Assembly (NCBI RefSeq): GCF_001194135.2
Contig: NC_068982.1
Span: 106,512,629 to 106,557,329, forward strand
Reading direction: 5' to 3'
Length of the DNA stretch: 44,701 nt
Source: Octopus bimaculoides
Taxonomy: Eukaryota
The first letter of the stretch is position 1; the number at the start of each line of letters is the position of its first letter. The notes beneath the pieces are model-generated. The model was not told where the DNA came from, ran no database searches, and saw only the letters and a program-made list of their open reading frames with translations. Both the position numbers and the translations under genes were made by a program. Shown in pieces: positions 36,078 through 44,701 of the stretch.

Positions 36078-36766
36078 TTGATATGTGCGCACGGAGAGTT
36101 TATATATGGCTCATCCTTTCTTCTACTTCCTGTCCCCTACGAATTTTAGCTTTTCCTACTGTTAGCTTAGGACGTCGTTTCCAAAGAGAAAACTCATTCT
36201 GTGTGAAGAACACTATGTTAAAAAAAATGTAGGTAAATAAAGAGGAGGATGAGAAGAGAATGGAAAGAAGGTTAGAGTTGCTGGAGGTGGTGTTGTTTGA
36301 CTTGATCAGAATGTGAAACAAAACCGGGAAAAGGAAAGGTAAGAAATGGCGGTGTGAAAAGGACTAAAAGAGAAAGGAACAAACACAGGAGAGTAATAGC
36401 AGAGAAATTAAACATTGAAGATAATGGGAGATGAGGTGATGAGAAGGCAGAAGACAAGCTTAAACTCATGCAAAGAAGTGGAAGAGAATGTGTGATGTGT
36501 CCGTGTGTATGCGTGTGTTGTGTGTGTGTGTGTGTGTGTGCGTGTGTGCGTGTGTGCGTGTTTGTATGTGTGTGTGTGTGTGTGTGTGTACATGTAAAGA
36601 CCAAAAGGATGAGAGAGGAAAAGAGAAGGAAGTGGAGAAAGAGAGGGTGGGAGATATGTGGCTCCTCTGGAATAGCTGCAGGGAGAGATTGAGAGTAAAT
36701 CAAACGATAAAGGATGCAGGGTTTAAAAGAAGACAGAGATACGACGATGTTGTGGATGCAGCAGCA

Positions 36767-36815
36767 GAAGAAGAAGAAGAAGAAGAAGAAGAAGAAGAAG
36801 AAGAAGAAGAAGAAG

Positions 36816-36845
<30 letters not shown>
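36767..36845. repeat. (GAA)n microsatellite, about 26 units
   Basis: Direct reading. Confidence 0.95.
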
Positions 36846-36848
<3 letters not shown>

Positions 36849-37861
36849 AGTATGTGGGTGTGATGTGTTTAAAGGTGAAGGGAGTGGGTAAGTTAAGTGA
36901 AAAGGAGTAAGATGGAAAAAAGAGGATAAAGTAATGACGTTAGCAAAAGATGGCCGTTGTATGTGGGCGCCATTTTGTTTGGTTGTGTGCAAGGAGGCAA
37001 GAGCCAGAATCAACACAGAACTGAACATAGTTCCATAGAAATGAGAGCGCTCTAGTCCAGAGCAAACATTTGGAGAAACATTTCAAATCTTAATATCCTT
37101 CGATGGCGTGAAATATTGTTGACGGCAACTTTAGGTGTCATGAGGAGGTAGGCATACGATGTTTGGTTCTAGAGAGGAAGAGGAAGAGGAAAAGGAAAAT
37201 GATGGAGGTGAGTAGGGAGAGGTGGCAAATATAAAATGAGTTGTTGGAGAGGGTAGATAGAAAATGGTGGAAGATGAAATACAGAGAGATGAAAGAAAGA
37301 AACAAACAAAGAGAGAAAAAGAAAGAATTAAAAAATAGTAGACAAAAAAGGTTAGAGTTAAAAATGAAGAGGGAAAGGAAACAATATTATATATACAAAT
37401 GAAAGAAAAGATAAGAAAAGNNNNNNNNNNGACATACATACATACATACATACATACATACATACATACATACATACTTACATACATACATACACATGAA
37501 AGAGTGAGAGGAAGAGAGAGAAAAGAGGGGGAAATATACGCAGGAGAAGCAGAGGGAAACAGATAAAAAGGAAGTTCTATAGAGAGTGAGTGCGAGAGAG
37601 AGGGAGAGAGAGAGATGATGAAGGAAAGGCTGCATAAACGGATGAATGCAGTGATGAATGGAGAGCCAGATAGATAACCGACTATGTTAGCTTTGCTAGA
37701 TAAGAAGTGGAAAACACAATGCTGAAAGTGGCGTAAATATTAAGATAGTTTCGTAGGTGGAAAAGAACGAACGAACGAACGCACACAAGAGAAAGAAAAA
37801 GAAAGTGATCGAACAGTAAGAGAGAGAGAGACTGGGAGAGCGTGTGTGTGAGAGAGATAGC

Positions 37862-37863
<2 letters not shown>

Positions 37864-37928
<65 letters not shown>

Positions 37929-37966
37929 NNNNNNNNNNNNNNNNNNNNNNNNNNNNNNNNNNNNNN

Positions 37967-38021
<55 letters not shown>
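37864..38021. repeat. (GA)n microsatellite with gap
   Basis: Direct reading. Confidence 0.95.
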
Positions 38022-38526
38022 CATGTAAGGCGAAAAATGAATGAAAGAGAACCGCGTGAGAGAAAAGTAGGTTGTATTGTTTGTTCTTTACTCGATCCTA
38101 GCTTGGCTGTGTTGAGAATTTGTTTGATTTGAGAAGACACTCTGTTAGATGCTGGCTTGTTCTTTATTTCAACCAATCGGACACTGTGAATAGCAAACAA
38201 CTTATTCGCGTGAAGTGCTTTTGGGTGTTGAATATTGAGTGCCTGGCACACACACATGCACACACGCACACACACATACCAATCTATCAACATTTGTGTA
38301 CATATATATACCTACACGAAAGTATGTATACAAACAGGCACACTCATGCACGCACACAATAATTTATTTGTGGGAGGTGGGTGTTGAGTTTGACAGTATT
38401 GGCATTTCAAGATTGTTGTACAACAAGGAACTGTGTATATGTATATGATGTGCAATGCTAACGAGGCGTTGATAACATCGTCGTACTTGCACCGACATAC
38501 CTGAATCTGCGTGCGTATGTATGTGT

Positions 38527-38708
38527 CTTTTACTTGTTTCAGTCATTAGATTGTGGCCATGCTGGGGCACCGCCTCGAAGAATTTTTTATAGTCGAATGA
38601 ATCGACTCCACTACTTATTTTTCTTTCAGCTTGGTACTTATGCTATCGGTCTCTTTGCCAAACCGCTAAGTTATGTGTGTGTGCGTGTGCGCACATGCGT
38701 GAATATAT

Positions 38709-38772
<64 letters not shown>
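38527..38772 (-). mobile_element. SINE family B tail plus microsatellite
   Basis: CTTTTACTTGTTTCAGTCATTAG...GGCCATGCTGGGGCACCGCC...CTATCGGTCTCTTTGCCAAACCGCTAAGTTA, then (TG)n and (TA)n. Confidence 0.85.
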
Positions 38773-38773
<1 letters not shown>

Positions 38774-38783
<10 letters not shown>

Positions 38784-38998
38784 TGTTGTTTGTTACTTCT
38801 CGAGCTATGCCTGGCTCATAAGGGCCAGTTTCCTGGTTTTATTGGCGTATAGGTTCAATACCTGGACGGGACGCCGGTCTGTCGAAGGTGAGCTGCTAGA
38901 TGCAGGAGGAAAGAATGACAGAAAGTTGTGGTGAAAGAGTCAACAGAAGTTCGCCGTAACCTTCTGTCGGAACCGCATGAACTTAGGTGTCTCGCTCA
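38774..38998 (-). mobile_element. SINE sharing the family C central domain but with a different 3' tail; 5'-truncated
   Basis: GAAAGTTGTGGTGAAAGAGT...GTTCGCC...CTTAGGTGTCTCGCTCA aligns with family C (28690-28750 and 32490-32560). The tail (38790-38895) is unrelated but also ends in (CAA)n. Confidence 0.7.
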
Positions 38999-39042
38999 TG
39001 TCGTCTTGTCAATTTTTATTTGCTTATTTGAATTGACTTCTT

Positions 39043-39329
39043 CTATTCTTTTATTCTTTTACTTGCTTCAATAATTTGACTGCGGCCATGCTGGAGTATC
39101 GCCTTTTGTCGAACAAATCGATCCCAGGACTTATGCTTTGTAAGCCTAATACTTATTCTATCGGACACTTTTGCCGAACCGCTATTTTACGGGGATGTAA
39201 ACCCTCCACCATCTGTTGTCAAGCGATGGTGCGGAGACAAATACAGACACAGACACAGACACACACACACACACAAATATATGTGTGTGTGTGTGCGTGT
39301 GTGTGTGTGTGTGTGTGTGNNNNNNNNNN

Positions 39330-39374
<45 letters not shown>
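39043..39374 (-). mobile_element. SINE family B tail plus (CA)n/(TG)n
   Basis: TTTGACTGCGGCCATGCTGGAG...GATCCCAGGACTTAT...CTATCGGACACTTTTGCCGAACCGCTA...GTTGTCAAGCGATGG. Confidence 0.88.
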
Positions 39375-39377
<3 letters not shown>

Positions 39378-40385
39378 AATATAATGGATAACAAAACGAA
39401 TGGTTTACACTTGGTAGCTTACTGGTAAAGCACAGTCATTTTCAGAGTGATCGTTAGAATAAAGAACAAATGAAAGACAGAAGATGGAATATACGAGAAT
39501 ATATTATTAATCACAACAATTGTTTCGACACATCTAGCATCAACTCCTCTTGTGGGACACACAAAAACTGGTTCAGGAGTATCCGGTAGTGTAGACGTAT
39601 CTCGTCGGGTGATAAATAAATTAAAAAGAAAACTCGTTAAAATGACTGTTACCGTAATCATGTTGCCAGCTTTAGGTCAATCAATAAGAAACACACGACA
39701 TCTTTGGCAGATTTTATATGGCGACTGTAGGAGGCTAAAACGAAATACTACATTACTTAGTCCATAGGTAGACATGCAAAACCATACAGTGCAATTTCCA
39801 GGAGAGGCCGTCTCTGCTCCGAGGAATCCCTATTCTGTTCTGTGTTTGGCCTTATGAACTTTTAATTGCGAATTACTTAGAAGACGTAAGCCCATGACCG
39901 TTCTTGCCTACTGAGGAATTCATAATATTGATAGGTTGGTGTTCGAACTCAACAATTATAGGTCAATTTTTGCAGGAAAACAAATTGACGTGTGAGAGGG
40001 ATTTCCCCAGTGGTTCAGTTCTGTGAAGAATGGATTGGATGAGCGTGTTCCATGCTGACGAGATATAAGTGAAGGTACGACACAGTATAGCTGAAAGAGG
40101 AAATACGGATTCAACGAATGGGCCTGGGTGGATAAAGTACACAATTATTTATTTTAGAGAAAGAAATGTCATTGCAGTATCAGTTGAAAAAGCTGAAAGG
40201 AGAAACAGCCCATCTATGTATAGCGTGTTGGTGAGTGAGATATTACCGCTTTTAAGTTGTATGCGTGTTTAGCCACTTCATTATCCCATATAAGGGAATG
40301 ACAATACCAGATTTAGATGTAAGGAAAACAAGCTACAGCTTAAAGCTCACAATCCGCAGGACTCAAAATAATTAAAAAGCACATA

Positions 40386-40835
40386 CGAGGTCTGATCAAA
40401 ATGCTTCGGGACTGTTGTTATGGTTACGGAGCTAAAGTATGCAGAGTGAAGCCGCTTGGCACAGATTGATTTTGAACTCTGTCGCACATGCACACTAAGT
40501 TATAACGTTCTTACTCACTTGATTGTGTTGCAGATGAAGAAAATTTTTGAAAACGGTGACGAAAAGTGTGTCTATGGCTATGATGCCGAAACCAAGGCAA
40601 AAATCGAATCCCACTTGAAAGGTACAATATTTCAAGGCATCGAGGAAAGCTCAGAGAATGCGACGCTAACATTAAAAGAGGAGTTCCATGAATGCTTCCA
40701 TCAATAGAAACTATGCTGGATGAAGCACGTGGCTTCAGAAAAGGACTTCTTCGAAGGAAATTAAATGCTGAATTGATATGTGAAGTAGTTTTCTTTTTAT
40801 AGTACCAGTCCCAATACTTTTTTTATCTGATTTGA
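40386..40835 (+). mobile_element. Internally deleted mariner element
   Basis: TA-CGAGGTCTGATCAAAA...GGGACT left TIR and a degenerate right TIR AGTCCCAATACTTTTTTTATCTGATTTGA-TA. Coding remnants NGDEKCVYGYDAETKA (first catalytic Asp, TGDExW motif) are fused to the C-terminal HLKGTIFQGIEE...KEEFHECFHQ*...KDFFEGN*. Confidence 0.82.
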
Positions 40836-41112
40836 TATGTTTATAATTTTGAGAGAATTTGCGTGATTTTTTAAAAGGGGATTCCAAAATTTTATGTAGC
40901 TTCTCATCTCACCAAGTCTTAAAGCAGCACTTGAAAACTGTATTTCACTAACGTTCATAGCTGTTCTTTAAAGGTAGTTATCAATTGATCAGAACTGAAG
41001 TAGTTTCTGGCCTAAGACAGAGGACCTGATTTTTGTGATACAGTTTTGTCAGTGAGGAGGACGCAACGAGAGGCTCTAAGAAATTGTGAGGCTTAATATT
41101 TGTAGCTATTTT

Positions 41113-41318
41113 AAGGCAGCGAGCTGGCAAAAACGTTAGTACTCTGGGCAAAATGCTTAGCGGCATTTTGTTCTTTACGTTCTGAGTTCAAATTCCGCTG
41201 ATGTCGATTTTTGCCTTTCATCCTTTTGATAAAATAGGTACCAATTGAATGTTAGGATCGATGTAATCGACTTAACCCCTCTCCCGAAATTGCTGGCCTT
41301 GTGCCAAAATTTGAAACC
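41113..41318 (+). mobile_element. Full-length SINE family A with perfect 18-bp TSD
   Basis: TSD AATATTTGTAGCTATTTT at 41095-41112 and 41319-41336. Confidence 0.95.
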
Positions 41319-41465
41319 AATATTTGTAGCTATTTTGAAAGGTGTAATTGAGATCTTTATGACTAAAGAAGGTAAACATCTGTTTAATTAGAGTGTATTA
41401 AGTGGTACGTTGGTTTGTAACTCAATAAACAGCTAACCATAACGATCATTATTATCTCAGATTAG

Positions 41466-41534
41466 TAGGCTGCGAATTGACAATCGCTGGAACATAAGAG
41501 ATAATGCCTTGAGGCATTTTGTCTTACGTTCCCG

Positions 41535-41621
<87 letters not shown>

Positions 41622-41705
41622 TCTTAGTTCAAATCCCGCTGACTTCCACTTTCATCATTTCTGAGTCAATAAAATAAAGTACTCGATCAAAGTGTTTGAT
41701 TGGCT
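41466..41705 (+). mobile_element. Degenerate SINE family A interrupted by (CT)n (41539-41615)
   Basis: GGCATTTTGTCTTACGTTC [(CT)n] TTAGTTCAAATCCCGCTGAC...CTTTCATCATTTCTGAGTCAATAAAATAAAGTAC. Confidence 0.65.
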
Positions 41706-41749
41706 GGATTCTTCGTGAATCGGTATTTGTTTTGGCAGTTATTGCATAC

Positions 41750-44381
41750 TGAGTTTCTGGATGGAATGTTCTACCACAAAGTGTAACATCATCCCCTGGC
41801 TCACCGAGTGCCTTTAGGTCAGGTTTTTGTTTTTAAACATATATTAAAAACACGATTATGTTCAAGGTTGATCATTTTCATTAAGGATTTTACATATTTC
41901 CTAAAACTATTAGTTTCGAGTCTCCCAAAAACTCATTTCCAGAGTATATTGCACGAAGTAAAGGCGACTCTAGTAAACAAATGCGTTTCACTCCGATTTG
42001 CTTGATTCCAGAGATTTCAAACCCTTGAAGGGGGAAAAGACCTTTTCAGTATCGCTAAAATCCAGATTGTTCACTTTGTATAGGTGATAACAGATATAAG
42101 TGTTTTCCTAGACTATTTGTTAAGGGAAACTTAATAGATTATGGCAATCTCTCTTACAGGAGAACACCAAATGTTGAAGGCTGTAAGACACTATCGATCT
42201 GTTACCATGAAATTCATAACAGATCGATAATTCCTCACAGCCTTCGATAATATTTTGTTCAGCAATTCATGAGCAGCAATAAAGTTTTCTGACGTTTCCT
42301 TGTTTCATTCATGAAAATACACCGGCTCCGAACAGTATGCTATCCATTTGGAAAGTAACTTGCGGGTTTACTTTACACACCAACAGCCCGCACAGTAAGT
42401 ACACCAAAAACACACAGCACTTACCGCATTTTGTGTCAGCATGATCTCTTTGGAAAAACATGTTGTACCATCATGTTCCGTCCTGCTAATGATAGAACAA
42501 CATGCATTAGAGCAGGAGAAAGTAAGGTGCTCTTTTCAAGGTCAACTTGACATAAATTTTAACAGTATGATTAGAAGGTGTACTGCACACGCCATTCAGC
42601 ATGAATGATTCTTTCTACGACCTCTTCTCTATGACATGTTCAAGTTCACTTCATGATCTTTGAAAAGTCAATGGTGATGTTTGTACCACCAGTAGAGAAG
42701 TAATGATTTATATCTGATTTACTTAATGATGCACGGTGAGATGAAAATAGGAAAAAGTTTCTGTGACTCAGCTAAGTCTCACGATTCCTTTCACAAGACT
42801 CCAAAAATGTTATGAACCACCCAATTCGCTTCAACTTTGGCTCACGTATCGTGACAACCTTGCCAAAAGATTTCGGGTATCAAGCTCAACGGATGTACCC
42901 TACTGTGGAAATAGGGCACTCAGATTAAATCTACAATGTAGCTCCCATTAACAAGATCAAAATATAAATGGCCAAGAACTTCAACTTAACTACACCAAAA
43001 TCAATAAATAATCTAGCGATTGAAAGAGACATCATATGATGATAGCACAATAGCATATGTCAATGACAATAAACACATACTGATTACTGAGAAGACAGAA
43101 GTGTAATCTACTATTTTTACTTTTGACGGAGATTCAGTAACAAGAAACTAGAATTTGCTTCTGTGAATTTGATGGTGGGACTGGAAAGTTATTCTTGATC
43201 AGTCTGTTGCTTACTGAAATCCTTCAACACAAAGAGAAGGCTCTTGCAGTTGTGCCTTCAAGTATAGCATCAAACTTATTTATGGGAATCGTGCATCACC
43301 TTTTACTCTCAAGCTCATCTTGGGACTTGGGCACAAATAATGCATCTATTTGCAGCATTTCCAAGAATTAGGAAATCGGAAAAGTACGCAAGTGGCGTCA
43401 AATGATTATCTGGGATAAATTCACAATAGCAGGTAAGAAAGACCTGGGCACCTTGGACAGGTCAGTATAAAACTTGCGTAACAATAGATTTCAAAAACGA
43501 AGAGAAGCAGGGATGTCGTCAGGCAGATTCTCTAATATTTTGCCGTTGATTATAAAAAAAAGCCTAATGAAAATGGAGTTTACTTTAAATTGTCTTATCT
43601 TTGGACCGAATTTAAACTGTCTAATCATTTTCTAAGAGCTTTTAAACGCTTAAGTTGGAAAATTTCTTTTCGACAATAATAGTGTTATGGACCCGACTTC
43701 TATGTGCAAATAATGAAGACTGTAGACGAATTGATATCGAAGATGTTCTCAATTTACAAAATCATTAATTAACCTGTAAATGCTCGTGCTAAAAACATGT
43801 ATAGGTCCACTGCATTGACTGTCAGCTGTTGCAGGCAATTCTAAGAAAGAGTCACGCCTAAAATCAAAATTGTAGTGAATCAAGAAGTAGTTCGCAATAC
43901 TGTGAATTAAAAAATTTGTTTGAACCTTAATGTCGACTGCCACTCAGCCTTCAATTAAAAACAAAATGGATACCAGATAATGCAGCCGTGAAATTTAGAT
44001 CAAGTGTTACTATAAGTAGACTCAAAACAGCTAAAAAGAATTATGCTATATGTCATCAAGGTAACTGTGCATCAAAAGAAGAGGTTTCAATTCCAGAATT
44101 TCATTCATATTAATAGCAATTTCGATTTAGAAGAATTTAGGTCTTAGAATATCTAAGTGTTTCCATGTCAACTAATAAATTCCAAGAGCAAACATTGACT
44201 GCTGCTGGCCTACATATTGAGGAATACTGTTTGACAAATAGATAATTTTATACATAGTTGCGCGGAAACTACGTAATCTTTTTATGTATTTATGCATTTG
44301 TTTGGAAGACCAAAAGCGTTGTATAACCTAAGTTTTTGACATACCAATATTCACATTCGCCAAGTTTATGATGGGCACTAG
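41750..44381 (+). mobile_element. Decayed Helitron Rep-helicase (HUH Rep plus PIF1-like helicase) with a putative CTAG 3' terminus
   Basis: Colinear motifs through stops and frameshifts. Rep: SLPKTHF..IL (for GLPHAHIL), DLFSIAKIQIVH, FPRLFVK...YRR...EIHNRSIIPHS, MSSNKVF*R, EQYAIHLESNLRVYFT, LYHHVPS, QHE*FFLRPLL, KVNGDVCTT, YEPPNSLQLW, ETSYD. Helicase: Walker A DGGTGKLFLISLLL (from 43171), ALAVVPSSIA, MIIWDKFT, LDRS, ILPLI, LSLQLK, IMQ.*NLD, EEVSIP, SMSTNKFQEQTL. It ends ...GGGCACTAG^T (CTAG 44378-44381). The 5' boundary is approximate. Confidence 0.88.
42176..42245 (-). other. 70-nt pre-miRNA-like hairpin (candidate, expression unknown)
   Basis: On the minus strand, 29-nt arms give 25 Watson-Crick pairs, 3 G-U pairs and 1 mismatch around a 12-nt loop. 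Confidence 0.45.
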
Positions 44382-44675
44382 TTTAATATCATATAAGCTG
44401 AGACACATTGTAGCAATTAATATCATTTCTTATCACATCGTGCATTGCAGCTCCAATATTTGGAAGATTTTTTTCTGTGCACTCCGGTTTCTACAAGTTA
44501 TAGAGAATTTATTTTCATACGAGGAGTCCACCTCCCGAGACTCCGATTTCTATATATGTTTCAAACTATTTTAAAAATTAAAGAATTTCAAGAACATTAC
44601 TTAATCATGTTTTGTTATGTAATATGCTTAGTTAGATAATTGTCATTTACACAAACTCAGAAATTTGCTATTAAT

Positions 44676-44701
44676 ATTGGTTTCAAAATTTGGCATAAGG
44701 C
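44676..44701 (-). mobile_element. 3' end of a SINE family A copy, cut by the window edge
   Basis: ATTGGTTTCAAAATTTGGCATAAGGC is the A-family tail. Confidence 0.75.

Overview
AT-rich, gap-riddled eukaryotic draft-assembly window. It has 19 N-gaps totalling about 6.3 kb, most flanked by microsatellites. The SINE families and microsatellite density look like an Octopus/cephalopod genome; this is from my recollection of those repeats, not a database search. I recognise no host protein-coding gene, RNA gene or CRISPR array, and nearly all ORF-track entries are artefacts of N-runs or simple repeats. The window is a transposon graveyard. It holds a ~2.6 kb decayed Helitron Rep-helicase (41750-44381) that the ORF track misses, a near full-length Tc1 transposase fossil split by a hAT MITE with a perfect 8-bp TSD, and two internally deleted mariner/ITm elements. 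It also holds a Tc2/pogo-type non-autonomous element, an RTE/BovB-like LINE 3' end, six 3' fragments of restriction-like-endonuclease (R4/Dong-type) LINEs mostly at (TAA)n tracts, and about 19 copies of three tRNA-derived SINE families. The most unusual observation is a 70-nt hairpin (28 of 29 stem positions paired on the minus strand) inside the Helitron Rep fossil, a candidate TE-derived miRNA-like hairpin. Protein-family assignments are by-eye translations through stops and frameshifts.
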